64,000 nucleotides of DNA from Mantamonas sphyraenae STR306. Taxonomy: Eukaryota; Protista; CRuMs. Both the position numbers and the translations under genes were made by a program. The DNA is taken from NCBI GenBank assembly GCA_026936335.1, contig JAPMXV010000029.1, positions 372,001-436,000 on the forward strand. Reading direction: 5' to 3'. Positions 25,001 through 34,281 of the stretch are shown in pieces. Position 1 is the first letter of the stretch; each line of letters opens with the position of its first letter. The notes beneath the pieces were generated by a model. The model had not been told where the DNA came from and made no database searches. It saw only the letters and a list, made by a program, of their open reading frames with translations.

Positions 25001-27196
25001 TCACACCCGTTTTGCGGTCAGTGTGGGCAATGGGTGGATCTCTGCGTCATCCAAATGCGAGCTCCCCGTGTTGTTGAGCGGATCATTGTTGTTGCCCACG
25101 TTGTCGACGGTGGAGTTGGTCGACTCGGACGAGCGCGAGGGCAAGCTCATCATGATGGTTGTGTTGGCGGCTGTGTCCTCCCCAATCAGCAAATCGTCTG
25201 CAGATTCACCGCTGGAGCGGTGTGCATCCATCTGTGCCATCTCCTCGGTGCTGCGACGCGCGCCAATCGCCGGAAGTGTGGCTAGGCCGTTCCCACTCCC
25301 AGCATCGACGGCGGAAGTCCCTGTGCCGTCATGTGCGCTTGTGCTTGCTGTGTCTGTGTAGTTGTTGCGTGTGTGGGCCATGCTGGCTGGGGGAGGCACA
25401 GAGAAGCCACCTGCCCCTTGCAGGTTCGGTATCCTGTCACTGCCCTCCAGCATCTCCTCGTTGTCCAATTCATCGTTGGTGTCCCATCCCTCGGCACTGT
25501 CACTTGTGGGGCTATCCATAAGAGAGGCGCTGGGCATGGAGAGCGGGCGCAGCGCGATCACATTGGCCATCGGCTCGTCCTTCTCCACAATGCTCGTCAT
25601 TGCCAGAGCTGTACGTGCCGCTCCAGATCCCTTGCGTCCAGGCCGTGTTCGCATGGGCGACTGTCTATGCACAGGGCCGTCCGCCAGTCGCTCGCGGTCG
25701 CCGTTGTCGCCGTTGCCCACTCGGCTGCTCTCGCCGCCATTCTCGTTTCCGCTTTCCTCGTCACCGTCGTCGTTCTCTTCTTCCTCCTCATCTTCCTCAT
25801 CGTCGTCTTCGACAGTTGTCTGGCGTGCGCGACGCTTGCGTTCGCTGGTAAAGATGATCTGGGGCATTTGTGGCTGCGACAACGTCGAACCACGCTGTCG
25901 ATTGGAGTTGAAGCGGAATAACCTCGGCCCCGAGTTCTCTTCCTCCACTTCCTCCTGCAAAAGGGAGCTCACAGGGATGGCAAACCGCATGTAATCCTTT
26001 GGTTTGGCTGCAAGATCGACCTCGCGGTCGTCCATCAGCGGAATCGACGCCATGTCCTGGGATTGCTGTTGCCTTTTTAGCAGGTTTCGGTGCAAGAACT
26101 CCAGCCGTTCATGACGTTTGGTTAATCCTCGGTACCGTTGTCGCTTCTCCTCGTATTCAGGCATCTTGGCCCTCAGATGTTGGAACCGTTTCGCCTCTTC
26201 CTCCTGCTGCTCGCTATCCTGCTGCTGCAGGGCTTCGTCTACACGTCACCCAACACACAAACGGTAGTAAACATGGCGAACGGCGAGTGTCAACAACGAG
26301 GGGGGGTGTCAGCGGGCGGACGGTGTGGGGCAAAAAGGGAAACGGCTCGCTGAAAGGGTTGGTCCACATACGGATGACCTGGCCGTAACCAAGGAGCACT
26401 TTGCGGTCGAAATGGATAAACTCTGGGTGAAGGACGCTGCGTGGGATTAGGGTGTCACGAGAGCCCTCGCTGCGGCCATCGGGCGGATTGACGCGTGGCA
26501 GCCACGAGAACTCAAGCATCTCCTCAGTGCTCTTGTCCTCCTCCACCAGCTGCGTCGAATAGCCGTACCCGAACGTTCCGTACGCAAATTGAATGCTCAG
26601 TTCGATTTCTCCCACAATGTGGTCGCCTTCTCCCTCAAGGTCGAACCAGCTGTCCACGGGACCTGGAGAGCAACGGGCACTCGTTGAGAGTCAGCTTGCT
26701 GTGAACTTTTGGCCACTCGCACGCCCACCCGTCCACACACTCCTCCCTTGACCCCGGTCACGTGCCGATAGATCACGGGTTGTATCAACGTACTGCTTTT
26801 GATGACGTCGTGCAAGTGGAAGAGCAGGCTTCCGCGCTCGACGCTGCCTCGCTCGTCCTGTGTGCGTAGCGAGACCGCAATCAGGTTTTCCGGATGCTGG
26901 GCGTCACGTGGCACCAGCACAGGGAAGTTGAGCACCTCTTCATCCCAGTCGGGCGACTTGCCGGCCGAAGCCTGGACCAGCTTGGTCTTCTTCACCAGGT
27001 CTTTGATGCAGATGGCCACGTACACCGAGTTTTCTTCCTGTAGCTCGGCAATGAACAGCTTGTTGGCCTGTTTGACGGTCACAGACAACACTCCTGTGAT
27101 GTATGGTTTGGCAGGCTCGCCCAACACAGTGTACACTGTGTGCACCTTGTCCTGCATGGCGTTCGGGGCCGCGATTGTGCGCGCTCGCGCACCCAT
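25001..27196 (-). CDS. C2-domain protein, C2CD6/ALS2CR11 (CatSper-tau)-like, 3 exons
   Basis: C2 domain followed by GEIELSIQFAYGTFGYGYSTQL...SWLPRV...HPEFIHF, which I recall as the ALS2CR11 family signature. GT-AG introns at ~26793..26663 and ~26371..26239. Start codon uncertain. Confidence 0.6.
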
Positions 27197-27222
27197 TGCA
27201 CCACCCTCCGATTCAGCTTGGG

Positions 27223-28875
27223 ATGACGACACTCCAAGACTCGGAAGCGATGGAAGCGCTGCGCAAGGACATTGCCAAGCTGCAAGCGACTCTTGAGCGT
27301 TCGCTTGCCAAGGAAGAGGGAAAACAACACGCGTCGTCCTTCTCCAGCACTGAAACCAAGCGCATCACGCCACGCAACCATTGTCTGCAGACTCTGGACA
27401 CCCTTAGCAAGCCCACCATGGCGCGCAAAACGTCGATCATCGCAACAATCTCCCCCAAGTGGGGCACCGAATCGAAGCACCTCGAAGCCTTGCTCGACGG
27501 GGGCATGAACATCATGCGACTGAACTTTTCGCACGGCGACCACGAGTCGCACGCTGCACAGATTGCTCGCCTGCGTGCTGTGCTGGAGAACAACCCGTCA
27601 TACAAGGCGAGCGTGCTGCTGGACACCAAGGGGCCAGAGATCCGCAGCGGCTCCGTCAAGGACGGCGAAATGACGCTGGAAACGGATGCAAAGATCACCC
27701 TGCATTGTGGGGAAGACGAAAGTGAGTTGGAGGGTACGCCCGAACAGCTGTGGATTGACTACTCGCACCTGGCGCTGGTGTTGGAGCAAGGCGACTCGGT
27801 GCTGCTTGACGACGGCCTTATTGAGCTTGTTGTCGAGAGTGTGGAGAAGGAGGCGTGCTTGGTGCACTGCAGCGTGGCAAACGGAGGTGTGGTCACCAAA
27901 GGCCGAGGAGTCAATCTGCCCGGCGTCGTCGTCGATCTCCCCAGTGTGACCGAGCAGGATCGAGCCGATCTGCGTTTTGCCGTGGAGCAGGAGGTCGATT
28001 TTGTCGCCGCCTCCTTTATTCGCTCTGCCGACGCCGTGCGCGATATCAAGGAAATTGTGGGCGACATCCCGGTCATTGCCAAGATTGAAAACAAGGAGGG
28101 TGTTGAGAACTTTGACGAAATCCTCGCGGTTGCGGACGGCATCATGGTTGCACGCGGCGATTTGGGCTCTGAAATCGCCTTGGAGAGCGTCGTGAACGCG
28201 CAAAAGATGATGATCCAAAAGTGCAACCTGGTTGGCAAGCCTGTGATCTGTGCCACGCAAATGCTCGAGTCGATGATCAAGAATCCTCGCCCAACGCGCG
28301 CTGAAGTCAGCGACGTCGTCAATGCTGTCATTGATGGCGCGGATTGTGTCATGCTCAGTGGAGAAACAGCCAAGGGGGCGTATCCGTTCAAGAGCCTGAA
28401 GATGATGACTCAATGCGCACGCAGTGGCGAGCTCATGGTCGACCACAGGGCCCTCTTTGAGTGGCTGCGCACCAACTCGCCCTCCAACGTCGGCATTGTC
28501 GAGTCCATGGCTGCTGCATGCGTAGCCACCTCGTTTGATCGTGCTCAGGACATTGCCTGCATTGTTGTGTTCACGGAAACCGGCGACAGCACTCGGCTGG
28601 TTGCCAAGTTTCGTCCCTGCGTGCCCATTGTCAGCGTCGTCAGCGCCTCCAACCAGAGGCTTGCTCGACGTGCTTCCATCCACCGAGGTGTCGTCTCTGT
28701 GCAGGTGGATGACAGCGGAGCGCACACCATGGAGGAGATGCTTCCCTTTGTCCTGGATCTGCTCAAAACAAGTTCCCTCGCCGCAGAGGGCGACCAGGTC
28801 ATTGTTCTCTACGATGGCGATGTCTCTGATGGTCAGGAGCTGGCCACATACATGCATGTTGTGGATGTTTGCTGA
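27223..28875 (+). CDS. PYK: Pyruvate kinase
   Basis: Motifs RLNFSHG, LLDTKGPEIR, IAKIEN, DGIMVARGDLG, ATQMLESM and MLSGETAKG. Intronless, with a short N-terminal extension. Confidence 0.97.
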   Translation: MTTLQDSEAMEALRKDIAKLQATLERSLAKEEGKQHASSFSSTETKRITPRNHCLQTLDTLSKPTMARKTSIIATISPKWGTESKHLEALLDGGMNIMRLNFSHGDHESHAAQIARLRAVLENNPSYKASVLLDTKGPEIRSGSVKDGEMTLETDAKITLHCGEDESELEGTPEQLWIDYSHLALVLEQGDSVLLDDGLIELVVESVEKEACLVHCSVANGGVVTKGRGVNLPGVVVDLPSVTEQDRADLRFAVEQEVDFVAASFIRSADAVRDIKEIVGDIPVIAKIENKEGVENFDEILAVADGIMVARGDLGSEIALESVVNAQKMMIQKCNLVGKPVICATQMLESMIKNPRPTRAEVSDVVNAVIDGADCVMLSGETAKGAYPFKSLKMMTQCARSGELMVDHRALFEWLRTNSPSNVGIVESMAAACVATSFDRAQDIACIVVFTETGDSTRLVAKFRPCVPIVSVVSASNQRLARRASIHRGVVSVQVDDSGAHTMEEMLPFVLDLLKTSSLAAEGDQVIVLYDGDVSDGQELATYMHVVDVC

Positions 28876-28939
28876 GTGAACAGAGAGTTGCGCGCCCACC
28901 AACCCAGATCTTTGTGACTTTGTTTCGTCCTCAGCAACC

Positions 28940-31177
28940 ATGCTGCAATCTGTATCGTCTGTGGCTGTCGCGTCGTTGGCTTTGCTGACTGCGGCCATCG
29001 CCGGACTCAGTGTGATGTCTGGCCAGCATTGGAGCGAGCATCTCTATCTTGACTGGTCCAGCTGGACTGCCTTTCACTTTTTCATGTACACCTTTCCGCT
29101 GGGTTTCACTTTGGCTGTCCTCGCCCTGTCCCACACCCTCAGTAATCGCGCGTTGCCCCGTTCCAACAAGATCACGATTTTGTGGACGAGCATTGCCGTT
29201 CTCGTCGTCATCCAGGTCGTTCTGTGGTCGGTCATGATCCGCCCTTACCTTCCCCCAAGGCACGGCATCCACCCAGAGGACCAGGACAGCTTCTCTATCT
29301 TTTCCGGAGTGTTCCTCTCCTTCCTGGGTCTGTGGCTCCTTGCCGCCCTCGTCCTTGTCCTTCAGCGCACCCTCAAACAAACCGCCGCCCAGGCCTCCGA
29401 TGTCGACGACGCCTCAATGCATAGTGCACTCCTTTCCACAGACACAAGTGCCACTGTGCCGCCTCTCCGCTCGTTTGCGGACCGTCTGGGAGACGACGTG
29501 TTCTTCCTTGTGAGCGCCGTTTTTCTCATCCTGGCCATCGCTGTGGCTGCTGCCTTCTACCCGCCTATCTGGAATGTGCCCGTGGATTACTATTGGCCGC
29601 TGGAGTCGCCCCACACGTGGCTCAGCATCACTGTGGAGCCCAACGAGCTGGTGATGAAAATCTACCCTGACCACGTGGTTTTCTACGCGTTCATGCTGTT
29701 CATGATCGGCGTGGGCATGATCGTGCGCACGACAAACGCGTTTAACAGAGCGTTGCATCGTCCACTGCGTCCCTGGTCTTTCCTCCCTGGAGAATACCGA
29801 AAGACGACGGTCACCGTGGGCGAGGTGCTGGTCTCCCTCGCTGGGCTTAGTCTGGCCGTATACTGGTTTCATTACTGGTGTTTCTACTATGTGGACGCAC
29901 GCACGGGGCGTATTGCCAAGCTGCCGTTCTGGGAACGCAGTGCACGCACGTGGGGTCACATGCTCAACCTCCTCCTTGCCTTTGTCATCATGCCCGTCAC
30001 ACGAAACTCAATATGGCTCAAGCTGTTTGGCATTCCCTTTGAGAGAGCTATTCGTGCCCACCGCTGGCTGGGCACCATGGTCGTGCTTGTGCTGTCGCTG
30101 CACGCACTTAGCTGGTGGCTCTTCTGGCTCGAGCTCGACCAGCTGTCCGATGTGTTCAACGTCACCCCCATCATCATCGACACCCGTCTGCTCCTGCCTC
30201 ATCGTGACAACTTTCTCATGCCTACCCTCACTATCACGTGGCTCTCAGTCCTGGCCATGGCCGCCCTCAGCTTCAACCTTGTGCGCCGCCAACGCTTCCA
30301 GCTCTTCATGAATGCCCACTACCTGGTGGTGCCTATGTTCTACTTTGTCGCTTTGTCCCACGCCTGGAACCTCTGGCCCATTGTCGCCTTCTCCCTGGCC
30401 ATGTACTTTGTCGACCGCGCCGTCCGCTTCGTCAACGGAACCAGCCAGGTCCGTGTCGTGCGCTTTGCCCCATCCGTGGACGGCGGACACACAGAGATCG
30501 ACCTCCTCGTCGACAACTTTTCCTTTTCTGCTGGCCAGTACGCGTTCCTTTGTGTGCCGTCCATTTCTCCCACCGAATACCATCCGTTCTCTATCTGCAG
30601 CTCGCCAGCCACACCCGGTGGCCTTGTCTCCTTTAAGATCAAGGATGCAGGCGATTGGACCCACGAGCTGCATGAGCTGGCGCTGGAGGGTGGCAGCGAC
30701 CGCACCGTTGACATCAAGGTCGACGGAGGCTACGGCAGACCTATGGAACCCATGGACTTTGACCACGTGCTCCTGTGTGCAGGCGGCGTGGGAGTCACAC
30801 CCATGTTTAGCCTGCTGGAAGATCTTTATCGCCACAAGCAGCAGGGCGAGGATCTGCCCGCCGTGACTTTCGCCTGGAGCGTGCGCGACGTGCGCACCGT
30901 CGCCATGCTGGAGAATGAGCTACACGAAATCAACCAGCGGGAGGACATCCACGTGATCATCTACGTCACCAAAGCCAAGTCGGAAGGGACAACCACACGC
31001 AAGAACCTGCCGTACACCCCAGGCCGACCGAAAATCAACGAAATCATCAACGACATGGACATGCGTGCGCCTCGACTCGGCGTCTACGCGTGTGGACCTG
31101 CACCCATGGTCCAAGCCATCGCCGATCTTTGCTACGAGCGAGGGACGGCGTTCCACGAGGAGACGTTTGCCCTGTGA
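28940..31177 (+). CDS. Ferric reductase / NOX-like flavocytochrome (FRE/FRO family)
   Basis: Multiple TM helices with heme histidines (HRWLG...LH; AHY...SH), FAD motif EYHPFSI, NADPH motifs DGGYG, AGGVGVTP and CGP, and terminal ETF. Confidence 0.92.
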   Translation: MLQSVSSVAVASLALLTAAIAGLSVMSGQHWSEHLYLDWSSWTAFHFFMYTFPLGFTLAVLALSHTLSNRALPRSNKITILWTSIAVLVVIQVVLWSVMIRPYLPPRHGIHPEDQDSFSIFSGVFLSFLGLWLLAALVLVLQRTLKQTAAQASDVDDASMHSALLSTDTSATVPPLRSFADRLGDDVFFLVSAVFLILAIAVAAAFYPPIWNVPVDYYWPLESPHTWLSITVEPNELVMKIYPDHVVFYAFMLFMIGVGMIVRTTNAFNRALHRPLRPWSFLPGEYRKTTVTVGEVLVSLAGLSLAVYWFHYWCFYYVDARTGRIAKLPFWERSARTWGHMLNLLLAFVIMPVTRNSIWLKLFGIPFERAIRAHRWLGTMVVLVLSLHALSWWLFWLELDQLSDVFNVTPIIIDTRLLLPHRDNFLMPTLTITWLSVLAMAALSFNLVRRQRFQLFMNAHYLVVPMFYFVALSHAWNLWPIVAFSLAMYFVDRAVRFVNGTSQVRVVRFAPSVDGGHTEIDLLVDNFSFSAGQYAFLCVPSISPTEYHPFSICSSPATPGGLVSFKIKDAGDWTHELHELALEGGSDRTVDIKVDGGYGRPMEPMDFDHVLLCAGGVGVTPMFSLLEDLYRHKQQGEDLPAVTFAWSVRDVRTVAMLENELHEINQREDIHVIIYVTKAKSEGTTTRKNLPYTPGRPKINEIINDMDMRAPRLGVYACGPAPMVQAIADLCYERGTAFHEETFAL

Positions 31178-31244
31178 GGTGCTCTTCCGCTGCTTGTGGA
31201 TCCGAGAGCGTGTGGAATGAAACGGATATTGTTGTTGTGCGTGC

Positions 31245-32675
31245 TCACCACCCATCCCTGTAGCTGCTGTACCACAGCGTGGCGACAATGAGAAAGAAAA
31301 AGATGACTGCAAACACCACCGTGCTTTCGCTGAACCATGCGTCGGAAAGGGTGGAGAGGATGGTGTCTGCGTGGTCGACCAGGCTTGCGTCGTTCTTGTG
31401 CTTCTTGCGTGCAATTTCTACATACTTGGGCGTGTCGAGGGCGCGGAACTTGTCCCAGCCTTCGCCGTGGCCACACAGCATGCGAATGGCAAAGAGAACG
31501 CCGTTGAGCACGACAGCGTCGTGAATGTGTGTTTGGAGGGTCTGTGCGAGGGCCTCACATGCGCCTGCTTCGAAGCACACGTTGCGGTTCTCCTCCCAAT
31601 CGGCGGCAGCCACTGTGCCGAGCAAGCCGCTGCCTGCAAGCTGGATGCTTCGCTTGGCAGGGTGTTCCTCCATGGCATTGACCACACTCTCGATCATGGC
31701 CTCGTCTGGGGTCAGCTTGTCCTTCACGCCGTCGTCGTTGGCCTCGGAGGAGGAGATAGGTTTGCTTGGGGTGATAAAGGCAAAGGCGTAGCAGCAGTTC
31801 TCCTGCACATCCTCGTCTGCAAGATGCAGTGTCATGGCATCTGTCATGGCTCTCAGCAGGGTGGCACGGGAGGAGCCGACAATCTCCTTGTCCTCGCAGA
31901 CGAGCTCGCGCAGCGCAGTTGTGGTGATGCGTGCCACCAAGCGGTCGTCGCGCAGGGTGTCGAGGCCGGCAATGAGCGCATAGAGGCCACCATTCTCGGC
32001 AAGCACGATTTTGGATTCCTTGTCGCCAAGGGAAAGGAGAGAGAGGCTCATGGCGTTGCAGCGTTGGACGTCCCAGTCGCCCTCGTGAGTCAAGAGGGAT
32101 GTGACCATGGCGCGCACGCCTTGCACATCCACCTCGTTGGCAGCGGCCACGCCCTTTTCGTCGGGCATGAGGAGCAGGGAGCACAGCTTGCGGCTGGTGC
32201 ACTTTTGCAGGTCGACGTCATTGAAATCTTCCGCCATGGCATCCACTACCTCGCGCACGCTGGGTGTCTTGGCACTGTCAAACAAGCGTGCGTCCATACG
32301 CAAGAGCTCGGTGCATTCGTGTTGCAGCTTGGGATCTACCTTCCAAAACCGTTGCGGAGGCAAGGCGCAGGGGCAACCTGCTGCAGGGCAAGGAATCTCC
32401 TTCTTCCGCTCCTTGGTCTTGCCCGAGCGAGCCTGCTCCACACTCTGTTTGTACGCCTCCAAGCAGGTACGACAAAACGTGTGGCCGCAGCCCAGCTGCA
32501 CGGGGTCGGAAAAGAAGTTGAAGCAGGCCGTGCACACCGTCTGGGTGTCTTCAAGCGCAGTCTTGAGGCTTGTCTTTCGCGCTGCCGAGCTCTCTTCCTC
32601 CTCTTCCTGCTTGCGAGCGATGCGTTCCAACGCACTGCTGCTTGTTGCGCTTTGTGAACTCGAACCCTCTTCCAT
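31245..32675 (-). CDS. RING-finger + ARM-repeat protein with C-terminal TM anchor (putative membrane E3 ligase)
   Basis: C3HC4 RING (CTAC...CGHTFCRTC...CPAAGC), ARM-like repeats (DVQRC, DVQENCC, SIQLAG) and a hydrophobic tail VVFAVIFFFLIVATLWY. Confidence 0.8.
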   Translation of the reverse strand: MEEGSSSQSATSSSALERIARKQEEEEESSAARKTSLKTALEDTQTVCTACFNFFSDPVQLGCGHTFCRTCLEAYKQSVEQARSGKTKERKKEIPCPAAGCPCALPPQRFWKVDPKLQHECTELLRMDARLFDSAKTPSVREVVDAMAEDFNDVDLQKCTSRKLCSLLLMPDEKGVAAANEVDVQGVRAMVTSLLTHEGDWDVQRCNAMSLSLLSLGDKESKIVLAENGGLYALIAGLDTLRDDRLVARITTTALRELVCEDKEIVGSSRATLLRAMTDAMTLHLADEDVQENCCYAFAFITPSKPISSSEANDDGVKDKLTPDEAMIESVVNAMEEHPAKRSIQLAGSGLLGTVAAADWEENRNVCFEAGACEALAQTLQTHIHDAVVLNGVLFAIRMLCGHGEGWDKFRALDTPKYVEIARKKHKNDASLVDHADTILSTLSDAWFSESTVVFAVIFFFLIVATLWYSSYRDGW

Positions 32676-32862
32676 GTGTGGCTTGTGTGTGCGGGTGTTG
32701 GGGACGAATTGGCCGGGGTGGCGCGTCGATGTTGGCAGCCCATGTGCTCTCCACGCACCAAGACCAAGAGCTGGACTGTCGCAGTGCATGTGTGTCGCTG
32801 CCTTTCCTCGTGTGTCGTTGATGCAAGATGCAGTTCGGCGCATGCAGAGCCAGAGAAAACCG

Positions 32863-34255
32863 ATGAGCAAGCGGGCTGCCGAGGACGTGCTGGAGGAGGA
32901 TCTGCGGGACGACAGTGTGCATGCAAGCGGAAGCCAAAACCACAGTGGGCAGCCTGACCAGAAACGAGCCCGTGTGGAAGCATCACAAGAGAGCAAGGGC
33001 CAATCGAAACGGGCAAAGAAGCGGAACAAGGCGAAACGGGGACTCGACTGGGACGCATACGGGAGCAGATACATTGCGCTGAAGGTGGCCTACCTTGGCT
33101 GGAAGTACCAAGGGGTCGCCTGGCAGAAGGACACAGACAACACGGTGGAGGGGCACCTGTTTGCAGCCATGGAGCGCACGCGGTTGATCAGAGACAAAGA
33201 CTCGTGCGAGTTTAGTCGCTGCGGGCGCACAGACAAGGGTGTGTGTGCTCTGGGCCAGGTGTTTGGCTTTCGAGTGCGTTCTTCCCTCACCACCGGCCCA
33301 GGCGTTCATTGACGCGGTGAAGCCGCCTGCCAAGCCACGCAAGAACGCAGGGGAAGAGATGGATTATGCAAAGGTGCTTAACGGAGTGCTCCCTGACGAC
33401 ATACGGGTACTTGCATGGGCCCCTGTGCCCGATTCGTTCGATGCACGCTTCGACTGCACCCATCGTATGTACAAGTACTTCTTTGTGGGCGCAGGGTTGG
33501 ATCTGCAGGCCATGCGAACCGCTGGCGAGTCCTTTGTGGGCACCCATGACTTTCGCAACTTTTGCAAGATGGACGTCAATGCCACACTCAACTACTCGCG
33601 ACGCGTCCTATCGTTTTCTATTGAAGAGGTGGCCAACGGCGTGTACGCTGCGCGAATCGTCGGGTACGCGTTTCTGTGGCACCAGATCAGGTGCATGATG
33701 GCGGTGCTGTTTATGGTGGGGCGAGGTGACGAAGACCCAAGTATTGTGTCAACTCTGCTGGACATCGAGGCCGTGCCAACCAAGCCTACGTACGCCATGG
33801 CGGCCGACGAGCCCTTGTGTCTGTACGATTGTGGCTACGAGAATCTGCACTTTTCGTACACTGAGGATGTGCTCTCTGACCTGGAAACTCTTTTTCACGA
33901 GCAATGGGAGCGCCTGCTCTTGCGTACGACCATGAATTATGCCATGCGGGACTTTGTGCTGCACCACGCCATGGTTGCAAGCGGTAGCGAGCAGCATAGC
34001 AGCAGCAGCAGCAGCAGTAGCAGCAGCAGTAGTGGTGGTGACAATGTTGTACAAGATGAGGCGCTTGAGGATGTGCTCTTCTTGTCGCAAGTAATGCCCG
34101 CTCGAACAGCATCCTGGGCATCTCTGGATGAGCTGCGCCGCAATGGTGCTTCCAAACTCCGTGCAAGAAAGCACGTTGCGCTATTGGAACGCCCACGCGA
34201 GTCGAGCATGGAGCAGCGGATGGCCAAAGCGGGGATCGACGCGGACGCAAGTTGA
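32863..34255 (+). CDS. PUS3: TruA-family tRNA pseudouridine 38/39 synthase; frameshift at ~33305
   Basis: Motifs IALKVAYLGW, FSRCGRTDKGV, FDARFDC, GTHDFRNFCKMD and AFLWHQIRCM. The two ORFs join by removing one base. Confidence 0.92.
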
Positions 34256-34281
34256 GTTTTCCATTTTCCCATCCTCATTGC

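Noticed and set aside
32101-33074. Apparent long head-to-head overlap of the RING and PUS3 ORFs
   Set aside because: It arises from upstream alternative starts in the ORF track. The plausible ATGs (32675 minus, about 32863 plus) do not overlap.
33301-33315. TGA read-through, selenocysteine or an alternative genetic code at premature stops
   Set aside because: Homology continues in a different frame, so these are indels rather than reassigned stops. TAA, TAG and TGA all end genes normally in this window.
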